A stretch of DNA of 64,000 nt, taken from Perna viridis (lineage: Eukaryota). Below, in pieces: positions 26,436-38,123 of this stretch (positions are counted from its first letter, which is position 1; every line of letters starts with the position of its first letter). The notes under the pieces are model-generated. The model was not told where the DNA came from. It searched no databases and saw only the letters and a program-made list of their open reading frames with translations. The position numbers and the translations under genes were made by a program. The stretch lies in NCBI GenBank assembly GCA_037379345.1, contig CM074511.1:21638001-21702000 (forward strand). Reading direction: 5' to 3'.

Positions 26436-29431
26436 GTTAAACCAATTTGCTGTGGATAACCTTTAGTTTAACATCCTTCATTATAAAAAGGAAGGTTAAG
26501 TCATATATGGGCATTTGTCAAGTCCTTAGTCAGTTTAAATTGGTCTGTGTTCTGAGGTGGTCAATCTTGTGTGTGTACCCTCTTTCTAGTCACACGGAGA
26601 TTTGATTTTCTTAAACACTAATTATCTTTTGAACTTTTCTGTTGCATTTGCTTTTTATTTGCATTTGGAGTGAAGTGTTGTGGGGTGGTCGTTTCACTTC
26701 AAGCTTTTAAAGCAGTTGAACACAGAATGTTAAGGTTTTAAGTTCATGTGATTTTGGTTGATCTTGAATTAGTTCTGTTTATCTCTCTAGTGGGCCAAAT
26801 ATGGACGATTTCCAACAGAAAATTAGATCAACAATGTTAATTTGAAAAGTCAAACTCCCAAGGTGATACTATCTACCTACATTGTGTCTGGAATTCCTAT
26901 AACTTATTGTGTCAAACTTGGTATCTAGCTAGTTACTAAGTTCAGACATAACTGAACACACATGTTGGGACAGATTTATTGGTACATAGTACCCAACCCA
27001 TAACACTGAAAATGGATGTATTTTAGCATTGACTTTATTCCTGACAATAAGTTTATAACATATATAGCTTGGCATCTTATGCTAAACATGGTTTCAAAAG
27101 AATGTCCAGTACAAAACAATCATTTATCAAGAAATGTACAAACGAAGGATATAAGGCAACTAAAAAAATATACCCTATCATATGAATAAATCAATAGACT
27201 TACACACACACATATATATGTATTACTTGGGGGAAAACTGATACAGAATTAGGTAAAGAGAAAACCTTAAAAATTGTCAAGACAAAGAGAAAACCGAAAC
27301 AAATTGTCAATACTATATGAACAACTAGAAAAAGGAAACTTAGGCTAAATCCACAAGTAACCTTACTGCAAATACAGAGTTATGTAAATCGCCAGAAAAT
27401 CTAAGAAGAGTAACACATGAAAAATTGAACTGGTACAGATACACACACCAAGCTCAAGGAATTGTGCGGCCTAGAAATATGTCGATGTAATAACTCCACT
27501 CAAAGAGTGGATGTTAAATTGGATATTTCTTTCATTATTCGGTCCATCGTCTGAATTCCGACTGAATGATCTACAAGTAGGGTGCAACTTACCGGTAGTA
27601 TCCAATATGATTTTAAATAAGGTCCTGTACCAAGCGTAATTTTGTTTTTAGTACATGTTAATTTCCGTCGAAAAAAAACCTTGGCTCCTTCTGATATGGG
27701 GTAATAGCTTCACATTAAATGAGTTAATATAACGAGAAAGGACAACCCCGGCAGTGTGAAAACAAGCCAGGACAACCTTTATTTTAGCTTTGTGATCATG
27801 TTCGTTAACTATTTTCTATGATGCTTAAAATTAGTAGGCATTGGGGAAACGATTTTATTATATTAATGTATTCTAGTGTACATGTTTTTGTAGTAGATGG
27901 GTATCTTGTAATAAAAATCCTTGCCTTTCTCTATGATAATGAATAAAAGCCTAGGCATCAATCATTGCTTTTCTCTGCTCGGCATTGTAGCCGGAACATG
28001 ACGCATCTCTGATATTAGATCTGACAGTTGTATAATCAGTTGTAATTCTCCGTTTGATGTTTACTGTTCTCTCCGTCATTGAATGATGTGTGCGTAATGA
28101 TTACGTCACCATTGCTGTAATCAAAACGAAGTGGTGGCACATGCTCTATACCCTCGCCTGGCATGTGTTCACTCGTGATCACCGAACTGCATAATTTAAG
28201 TCCAAAAAGAACTTGTAGCGCATTATTCTTTTTGGGCTCTTCGGGTTTTCTTGCTATGTTTCGATAAAATTCAAACTTTTGAGACGACAGAGTTTGAAAT
28301 GTTAATCAACTTCGGCACTTTTTTTCAAGGCATTTTCTCTTAACCAGGCTCCACCTCATGCTTGGTATACTTCCAAAGAATCTATTGATATGGACTATAC
28401 GCCTACGCAAAAGATGTTTAGAACTTACTGTGCTTCAGATTTATTTACAAAGTTACAAAGAAATTTAAGTATGATTAAACGACCTTTTTAAAGTTGAATT
28501 TAATTAAAATTGCCATTTAAAACTACTGGATTAGCTCTTGGTCCTAGAGACAACCCTTCATAATCTCAGTAACTACGACCTTCAGTCATGAGTATGGTTT
28601 CCCTGTTTTCTATTAAGGACGAGCCGAATATTGTGAGGTTTTGACTCTGCAAAATGTTTCTAAAATGTTAACAATCAGTCTTTAACATTCATTTGTATCT
28701 AAACAATGTATCAGCTTTTTGACTAAGAAAGACAATCAAAGTCTGACGTCACAGCAAATGGCCTAGAACACCTGTCTTCACGATTATAGCTTTTTTACAA
28801 ACATATGATTACTAGAGACATTGTTCAAATTAATTTTCATTAACATAGCAAATGGCCTGTTAGTTAACTATGAATATAATCCAAAACCAATGGAAAAGCA
28901 CCAAACGGAATATCTACTTACACTTCCGAAACCTAAGTACGGCACATACAATCTGGACAAAACCGTGTAAATATACGGACGGACAAACACTAGCCCTTAA
29001 TGCTTGACATTTCATTGAAAGAAAAAGCAGGACACTCACTGACAAGTTTCAATAGCGAATTTAAATTGCAAGATCAAACACAAAATTGTAGTTTCGCAAC
29101 GTTTTCTTTCTTTATAAAATGATTAATAGTTTAAACATAAATGATTTAAACGAAGTCTATACCCTTAAACGGTCCATGTCTTTGTATTGGTTTTATTCAT
29201 TGTAACTAGAGAATTTTAAACTTATTACCAGTGTGCCGTTATATTTACCAAGTTACCACTAACACCGCTTGTTTTAATAAAAACAACAACTTAATTCAGA
29301 TTTAAAATGCGTATAATAAAAGTTTAAATAGGTAGTATCTCTTGTCTACCGATTAAAAAGTTCACATGAAAAAGAAATTCCTGTGCACTAAGACAACCTT
29401 AGCTGAGCAGTGTGATATATACATATTGTAC

Positions 29432-29760
29432 ACAGCAGACCCGGCCTACATAGATGAATTAGTCTCAAGACAGTCAGCAGATACGGTATACAAAGATAAC
29501 ATAATTGCAGGAGCTTTAGCAGACCCGGCATACAATGTTATAATAGTTCCAGGACTTTCAGTATACCTAGCCAACATAGATATAGTTCGAAAACTTTCAG
29601 CAAACCCGATCTAAAAGGATACAATAGTCCCAGGACTTTCAGCTGACCCGACCTAAAAAGATACAATAGTTCCCGGACTTTCAGCAGACCCGACCTACAA
29701 ATGACAGGACTTTCAACAGACAAAAGATTACAGTTTTAGGACTTCTGTAGACAGGACCGA
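29432..29760. repeat. Degenerate minisatellite, ~39-42 bp unit, about 7-8 copies
   Basis: Recurring unit approximately TCAGCAGACCCGRCCTAMAAAGATACAATAGTTCCAGGACTT. Confidence 0.85.
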
Positions 29761-30576
29761 AGTATACATATTGCCATTGAACCTTAAACCGGCATGGTTC
29801 TACAAGCCTGCAAACATGTTTTTCAAGAGACTGGCGTTGCAGACTTATTCTTGGGCCACTAAAAAAAAACGATATTAATGAGACTGAGGACATTACTAGT
29901 TTATATTTTCAGCGTGAACAACTAATCCGAAGAATATGAACCAGACAAAACATTACATATTGACCGAAGACAGAACCATTAATACCGCTGGGTAGAGACC
30001 GAAATCAGAAATACGTTCGCTGGCCGTAGTAATATCTTACAGCAGCTTTAAATGAAACATCTGGCCTTTCTGACCAAGTTAATTCGGTTTTAAACCTAGT
30101 TAACAATGTACTAATAAGTAGTAGAAAGTAGACAAAATGAGAACTTGGAAGGACCCTTTCTCTTCGTTTATTAGAACTTCAGAACAATTTCATTATCCAA
30201 ATCCTATTCGACAGTGCTTAATAAGGTTTACAAGCCAACTCTTGAATCAAATATGCAAAAAAATATTCAAGTAAAACCAAAGATTACATTGAGTTCCTTA
30301 AGGCAAAATTATACAATGGGAAAGTGGAAAATAAACCACAAACACAACAACAGAAAATTGTGAATTCATCTTCGTATAAAATACTGAAAGAATACCTTTC
30401 TCTATGATCATCTTTGTTGTTTCTATGCACAGACAACCCAGATAGCTGGACATTTTTTAGGTTTATTTAGTGCCTTGTATTTCCTTATTCTACAAAATTA
30501 CTGTAAACAGTTCATTTACATGTTGAAGAAACATGTTTTAGATAGAAACTACAGGGACCAACCATAAAAACAACAA

Positions 30577-30977
30577 AAACTAGACACAGGGATGCCCCCA
30601 TACTCCATTTTAACACTGCTACTGCATAATGAATGGTTGTCAAAATTCATTTATGAGAAGATTGTTGTGTCTGAGAGACATCTTTGATACCCCCACATGT
30701 ATTTTCTTACATATATAAAAGTAAATTCATACTTGCAAGCTTTAATTTTTTTAGAAAGGTGAATTCCATGAAAATGTCAAATATTGATATCAATCAAAAC
30801 TCTGATAATTCGCACATCTTCAATCCATATACATGTATAATCATTCTGCAAAGTATCAACGTCCTATCCTAAATACTGTAGGAGGAGTTAAGTGGAATAA
30901 CTATGTACCCTGAATGGGACGGACAGACAGGAGTAAAACAATATGCTCCCCCAACTGAATGTTATCGGAGCATAAAT
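30577..30977 (-). mobile_element. Helentron-like non-autonomous element (reverse orientation)
   Basis: aaactagac start, aaagtatcaa...gtaggaggagtt block, GGAC/AGAC microsatellite (30917-30930), and terminal hairpin atgctcc...ggagcat followed by an A-run. Confidence 0.55.
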
Positions 30978-31028
30978 ATTCACACACCTTTACAGAAAAA
31001 TGGAAAAGTATCTTGTTGAATTCAACTG

Positions 31029-31034
31029 TTTATT
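31029..31034 (-). terminator. Putative minus-strand polyadenylation signal (AATAAA)
   Basis: TTTATT on the + strand, followed on the minus strand by a U/GU-rich tract (tccatttttctgtaaaggtgtgtg). It marks the edge of the long A-skewed, CpG-poor domain. Confidence 0.4.
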
Positions 31035-32070
31035 TCATAACAAAACCAATTTTAAACAAAGAGCAAAAATAACACATAAAATAAGCAATCATTTACATTA
31101 CAATGCAATGAACATAAAGAAACACAGTGAAACAAAACATGGATTTATTAGACAAACATAATGCTGTATGACAAAAATAAATACAAAAATGTAGTTATTA
31201 AGTAGAAATGATACCTTTCAAAAGGAGGGAACTTCTGAGAACTTTGCACACTAGAAATAAGAAAACAAAATGTTATGTACTAGTGCAACTTTTGAAAGCT
31301 ATTTTTAGAACATCACAAAAGACCTAGTGATTACATACCTAATAAACTGTGAAATAAGATGAAATCATACAATGTTTTCAAGTATAGCCTTTCACAACAA
31401 TTAGGCTATTCTTGTATAACAGACTTTCTTTACAAAATCAACTTCCTGATTAAACATTTATATCTTCATTTTTTATACATTATACTTTTGTAAGATAATT
31501 TTTGAGAATTAAATCCAGAAAAGTTTATATACACAATAACCAAAAAAAAAAAAACAAACACAAACACAAAAACAAAGATGCATCAGTTCCCAAAGGAGTA
31601 ATGTATTTCATTTACATCAATAACATTAAATCTCGTCAATAATGATTTCTATGATAAAGATCTGAAAAACATTTGTTTTTATAAAAATAATCTAACCTTC
31701 CCTTGAACTTCAAATCTCATTGGGGAATTTCACAAGACATAGGTTTATAGTGTATATAATGATGATGTTCAGAGAGTACAGTTGGACTTCCCTAGATTAA
31801 ATGAAAATCAACTGATGATACTGTGAGATCTGAACATTCTATTAGAAACAGATTTATATACCTATGGAAAAGTGAAAGTTCATATTCCCATGTCAATCGT
31901 CCAGTTAACTACCAGAGGTAGTTTATACAGTGATTGTAATTTAGTCATGGGAAGACAAACCCTGAACATCCTCATAATATACACTGTAATTCAAACAAAC
32001 CAGAAAAAATGCAAGTAGGATTAACCAAGCCAGCAAGGCTTAAGTTGTATTGATAGAACTTTGATCGTTG

Positions 32071-33173
32071 TATGTGACTGAGGGCTATGTGAGTTTATGC
32101 CATCACTTGGCATACATTGTCGTTATCTGTTACCAATTTAAAAAAAAATTTCTCCTCTAAAACTACTGAGTGGAACTATAAGAAACTTTGCACTGATGTT
32201 CCATAGAGTATCTTGCACAAAATGACTTTTTTTTTTTTTTATTCTAGTAAAAACATGGCCGCCATAACTATAGATAGAACATACGGGTTAAACAGTAGTT
32301 TTGCAAAATATCTCCAAAACATTAGGTTTAGCCTAATTCTGACAGCAGCTAAAAATGTTCAGAAGGATAAAATATACTATTTCTTTGAATATTTGTGAAC
32401 AAATATTGGGATTATTGCCTTTTTTTTTGTGTGTGTTTTTTTTTTGTTCTGTTTTTTTTTTTGTTTTTTTGCTATTTTCAATGCTAACACTGGACTGAAC
32501 TCAATGAAAGTTGATATGATTTGGTCTTTGTTTTGTTAGTTTGTTGGGGTTTAATGCCCAAGCAGCAATATTTCAGCTATATTTAGGCGATGAACATGAA
32601 GTGGATGTTAAAATGAACATGAAATGATGATGAAATGAAAAATGGGATGGGACACAAGGATAATGGGGTCGAGAAATTTTGATTGCCACTGGAAATAGGG
32701 AGAGGTGGGTAGGGTCGGGCAATTTAGCCTCCTGTGGCAGAGCCCTATGGTTCCTACTCCTGGAGAATACCACAGTAGGGTTTTTTAACGTGCAAGGAGC
32801 GTGGCATCTTTCCCAACACGGTGCACCACTATGGTTTGTGGTCAGGTTTTCCGTATTATAGCCTGACAACCTCAGCATGTAACATGCCAGGGGTACCCCA
32901 TTCCACCTCCTGGGGCACACAACCCAGTTGCTCTGTGGGCAGAGTGCCCTAGCCCCCGGCCAGGGTTCTGAGCACTATTTAGTCGCCTTTTATGACAAGC
33001 TTAGTGCTGCCGCAGGCCTATTCTTTTGACACCCGGACCAGCACGGGGCTAATTGGGTCTTAGATATGAGTGTTAGGAATTTTTATCTAAGAAAACAAAT
33101 GGCTGCTTATACAAAATAAAAAGAAGCTTATCAAGCCATATGAGTGATTCTGGCTCTTTAGAGCCTCTAGATT
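32071..33173 (+). mobile_element. Helentron-like non-autonomous element interrupted by a SINE-like insertion
   Basis: 5' end agggctatgtgag...catcacttggc...gtcg, body ttctcctctaaaactactg and aaacatggccgcc, 3' end tgagtgattctggctctttagagcctctag (GGCTC/GAGCC hairpin). Matches the architecture I recall for abundant bivalve elements. Confidence 0.65.
32529..33049 (-). mobile_element. GC-rich SINE-like retroposon with a structured non-tRNA head, Meta-like core and (AAAC)-type tail
   Basis: Minus strand: head gccccgtgctggtccggg...gcttgtcataaaaggcgactaaa, central gcacgttaaaaaaccc, 3' end atatagctgaaatattgctgcttgggcattaaaccccaacaaac. Probable TSD tgatttggtctt (32517-32528) / taattgggtctt (33050-33061), 10 of 12 identical. 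Confidence 0.75.
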
Positions 33174-34130
33174 AAGATATTGATGGGTCAAATTTAGTTG
33201 AAATGCACTATGGACAAATGGTGAAAAAATTTTCCCTGCTTTTCCCTATGTAAGCAGTCAAAAAATATATCTATGTCACAGATGCTTCAGAATAAATTCA
33301 AACAGCTTTCGGGTTATTTTCTAGATATACTGAATATATTAAAAGCTAATAAGACCAAATTGAGAAAAATGATGCACCACCTTTTGCCTGATTCTTACAC
33401 AGAATGGTATTTTAATGCCTTCTAATTCATTGATTTGTCTACTCATTTGTTTAATACCAACTCAATAAGTAAGAAATCAATTGATAAAAAAGTCTTTTCG
33501 ATCATTTAACTGACCACATTGGCAAATATTGAACTTACTTACTATAAAAACAATCTATTAAGAAATTAGAGAACACAACAATAATAAAAACATGGCCTAC
33601 AAAACTGCCATGCCACAAGGACTGTCTTCAAAATGGAATAAAATTTTATATAAATCATGAATATGAACTCAAATAACATGCTTATACAATACAGTTAATA
33701 TACAATGTATATTTTTTCTAGCTATTCATTCAGATAGTATGACAAATCCTAAGAGCATATAAATATAGATCTTCTCGTTTATCTCCTTAATTAAGTTTTC
33801 TATACACCATCAGAAACAATGACTAGAAGAGGAACAAAAACATCATATACAGATTCTATGGGAAGGAAACACAGCACTGAAATATTGTTTAAATAATAAA
33901 ATTTTAAAATCAATCTGTCTGTGTCATTGTAGTTTTCTATAGTTACATTGTTATGTATCTATTGCTCCATAATTTAAAGACTTCAAAAATACATTGTTTT
34001 AATATCAACAACATTGTGTAATACAATGATAAAACTGTTGCAGAATAAGACAAAACAGAGTTGAAGAAAAGACAACAAATAGGTATAGTAACTGTTAGGT
34101 TATAACTTGAATGATAAAGTATATGACGTA

Positions 34131-34299
34131 CAGTAAAACCTCTCTAAACTGAACCCTGATTAAAAACCTGTCTAAACCAGACACATTTAGAAGTCCCATT
34201 GAGTCAGTCAAAAGGTATTTTGAACCTGGATGAACTGAACACCAGTCTAAATTGACCAATTTCTAGTCCAAAATAGTTCAGTTTAGACAGGTTTCACTG
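34131..34299. mobile_element. pogo/Tigger-like MITE (169 bp)
   Basis: 24-bp TIRs CAGTAAAACCTCTCTAAACTGAAC vs CAGTGAAACCTGTCTAAACTGAAC (22 of 24 identical), TA on both flanks, internal repeats of the AACCTGTCTAAAC motif. Confidence 0.9.
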
Positions 34300-35721
34300 T
34301 ATACGAGGTACTGCAATCTACGTCCTTACCTTTACAATAAATGTTTATATTCTATACTATTTGTGGGGTATCAATTTCCAGAACTTTTCACAATTTTCAT
34401 CAAACAACAAATTCAAGTTCCAAACAATATTCAAAAATTTATTGAAAAAGTGATGTCTAATGAAATCAACTAACTCATGATTTTTTACAAGCTACAAAAT
34501 TTGATAACAACTCAGAGTATCCTCACCACACCAATGTAAACCTTAAGAGGTTGTATGAAGGTTTATATGGAACACCATAAAGTATGTTATGTATCTATAT
34601 AAAATACAATATTTTGTGTTTCCTAATTGGTTCCAAACAGCAAATATTCTATATTTTACCAAAATAGAATAAAAAATATATAACATTCTTGATAAATGGT
34701 ATTCTCTTGAATTAAGTTTAATACTGTATGAACTCAGCAAAGGTTTGTAGAATGTCACATTACATCATACACAGTGTGATATTTAACAAAATGATATGTA
34801 AATAGTAATCTCATCAGAAAAGGAATTGATTTGTTATTGTGTTTCACATTTGAAAATTTATCAGCATTTACCTGACATGTAAAAGAATTAAACTTAAATA
34901 CAGAGCTCATTTTTTTCTTGAATTAAAAAAAAAAACAGACTACAGGTTGTTCAATATTAAATCTGATGACACCAAATTAACAAGTATAAATAAACTTCAT
35001 TTTTCAATAGCTGAGAACATTACTTCTATGCAAACTGACCATATAAGATGGCAAAGCTACAAAATTACATAAGAAAATAGAAAAATGTAGTTGGTTCTCA
35101 ACCCTGCACGGTAAGAATATGCATTGATTTTACATACAATGGGGACATAACTTTACATACACCAAAACATGGAGGCTAAAAAATATAGTGCTCTTTCTTT
35201 TTGCCTTTTTCTGTTTTTGTTTTTTCGCAAATGATTACCATTTTTCATCAAAAGTATAGGGTAAATATCAAGCTATGACACCAAAAAACTTGATTTTGAG
35301 AAAAAACAGTATTTTCATGAAAAATAATGCTTCAGAAAAGAGGTCTATCTAGAGAACTCAAAATAAAAGTGAAAGCAGAAGTCTATTTTTACTTCAACCT
35401 GTTCTTATGCACCAAAGTTCGTGCCTTTCTAATTAAAATGGACCTAAACAACTTTTTTTTACATTTCCTTAATGGAAAACATGGTCAAAAGTCTAAAACT
35501 CCTTATTTTGACAAAAAATCATGAAAATTTAAGATTTACTATAGAAGCATATGGGCCAAGAATACAAGACTGAGGCCTTCACTGCTAGTAGTCTTTAGTT
35601 TGTACATTTGTGTAATTTATATTCAGTTTCTTTATTTCCATTGTAACAAGGGACTCAGACCTTTTCGAACTGATATTTAGGTGTGTTAAATAGTGTAATA
35701 TTTTTTCACAGTGGTCATATT

Positions 35722-36045
35722 TTAAAGGGGGAGGGTTGTGATCATGCCAAGTACTTTAACCCCGCCACATTTTGTGCCTGTCCCAAGTCTGGAATTTCTG
35801 GCCTCTGTATGTCTTGTTTTTTGTTTTCACCTTTATTTTATTTTTATGTTACTTAAGTATATAGGTGCAACTGTTTTGCTGTACCTGTGTATAATGGTGT
35901 TTTGAGGCCAGCAAGTCTGTCCGGTGATGAGAGGATTTCCTTGTCATTCATTGAAGACCAATGGGTGACCTTGGGCTGGACATCTTCATTATGGTGGGAT
36001 TGTTGTCTCTTTAACATATTCACCATACCTATTCTCATTATATTA
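35722..36045 (+). repeat. Diverged copy of an abundant mussel-type interspersed repeat
   Basis: Blocks tttaaccccgccacatt..gcctgtcccaagtc and ttgttgtctctttaacatattc...attctca resemble a repeat I recall from Mytilus genomes (not verified here). Confidence 0.5.
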
Positions 36046-36677
36046 AAACTGACTTGCAAAGAAAGCAAAAGAATACCAATTAACTTAAGTAAAAGGAACT
36101 AAAATTTAAAAGCAGAGTATTAGAACAGAAGATGCTACCAAGGACACACAATTTTATCCTTATACTTAATTACTTATATCCATAATTAATGCCATCTAAC
36201 CATAAATTGCTTAAAAGGTCAAAGAAATTCAATGAGAGAGAAGAAATCAATTGGCCTATTGGGTTCTTACACGAAAACAATTCTAATAAATGAAGAAAAT
36301 TGCAGTAATTTTTCAATTATAAACTTGCTATTTAAACCATGGGTCATGTTCTAATACTTATTGAATGTTTTGGATGCTGGGAGGAAGCAACTGAGTAAAC
36401 AATGTAAATTTATATACTTATCACAAGAAAAATCAAAGATATTATTCAATTAACTAAGTAACATGTTCATCCTAGCAGGCTTGTTATGAGAAGAATTAAT
36501 GTATGTTCTCTGTAATAACATGATAACAACAATTAATATCCCCAGTCAGGAAAAAGAAGCATACATAAGAGTTAATATGGGAATAGAACAATTCTGACCC
36601 AATCACAAAACTGTTTATGTTAAAGTGCAGAAAGGGTAAAAAAAGAGCATTCCTTGTTTACAAAATTTGGTTCTAAG

Positions 36678-36866
36678 TACTATGAAAGTAATTTTAATCA
36701 TGGACACCAATTTTCTGGGATTAGGGTAGAAACACAAGTTCCTGGATTCTTGAATTCGTTGTTTTAAGGTTTCCAGTATAAACATCAATTAGAATTTTCT
36801 TTTCATTAATAACCAAATTCTGTGGTTTGGCCTACCCATGAAACAAACAATAGTACTTTAACAGTA
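36678..36866. mobile_element. MITE of the TACTGT...ACAGTA family with ccaattt motifs
   Basis: tactatgaaagta...tactttaacagta inverted ends. Related diverged copies at ~34355-34540, 43338-43540 and 52606-52805 share t(g/a)ccaattttc.tgg. Confidence 0.55.
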
Positions 36867-38067
36867 TTCACAATTATACTACGACTTCGACTATTTACAA
36901 CTTCAAAAACCAGATCAAAATCGCCGAAAAATGTTTTAATAGGTGTTTTGTTTTCCCACTTGAAGTAAAGTTCCAATGAAATGTAGCAGTAAGGAAGGAA
37001 CAAATGAAGGGAAATCTGTGGATCAAACTATTCCAGGAACACATAATAGGCTACTGATGGAAAACAAAAGCCATAACCCAAAGAAAAAAAAACAAAGAGA
37101 AAACTTAGGTGCTCCATGAGGATCACAATTCTTGTAAGACACTGTGTTGTTTGTTGATGGTTTCTGCTTTTAGGCCTTGGAGTAGTTTCTAGCACTATCT
37201 CTATGTCTATCCATTTACTTTCAACATATAATTTTTAAATTTTTATTGATTCTCACAAGTGAACATATTTGCGGGTACAAAACATGGATTCCAAAAACAA
37301 GATAAGCCTGATATAGTGTTAAAAATCAATTTTCTGGTTAATATTATTTGCACTTTTCTATCCACCGCCGAAGTAATGAAAATAAATACATTTACAGTAA
37401 GTTTTATCTGCTGAACATTGGAATGATATGAAATTTGGCATGAAGCTTAAAATTGGGGATGTACCATGTGTGCACATGTTGGGCATCTGATATTTGTCCT
37501 GTTTGCCACACACATTTCTTTTAGTTTTCCATATGAAAAGGTTCAGTCTACATCGATTTACATTTTTTAAAATTCATACATGTGCCAAAGCTGTTCTAAT
37601 GAATCATCAGGAGTCATATTAAATAACTTAGTTATAATCTAGCAATACTTTGTTCTCAGATAATTCACACACATATATATGTGACAGAAAAGTAAATAAT
37701 GGTCAACATGAGTATACATAAAACATAGAAATGCTGTTTGCTCCTCCAAATAAGTTTCCACTTACAAAATCTTTTGTTCTTTTAGCTATGTACTGGTATC
37801 CACTTTGAACATACAACAATTGGAACTAACCAAACATTATCACATTAAACCATCAATATAGAATAGAGATAAAGCAATCAAAAACTGAAAGCACCAATCT
37901 AGAATAAGTCTTGTAAGTCTATAAAGACTAATAAAGTTTATGTTTTCTCTGGGTAATACAGGAGCCTTCAATCATTTACCTGAAATAGAAACCATGACAT
38001 TATTATACAGGAGGGTGAAACTGACATATTACATTTCGATGAAAATAAAAAAGTAGAACCAAAATAC

Positions 38068-38123
38068 TTGTTTGTTTGTTGGGGTTTAACACCTGAGCAG
38101 CAATATTTCAGCTATAATCAGGC
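38068..38123 (-). repeat. 5'-truncated tail of the 32529-33049 SINE-like family
   Basis: ttgtttgtttgttggggtttaacacctgagcagcaatatttcagctata matches 32540-32581. Confidence 0.8.

Noticed and set aside
29366-29723. ORFs with ADPAY or SGLLKV repeats; possible CRISPR-like array
   Set aside because: Both ORFs arise from the minisatellite. The units are contiguous with no unique spacers, the frame breaks where the unit length changes, and the context is eukaryotic.
32573-32920. 115-aa ORF
   Set aside because: It lies entirely in the GC-rich SINE-like element and has no recognisable protein motif.
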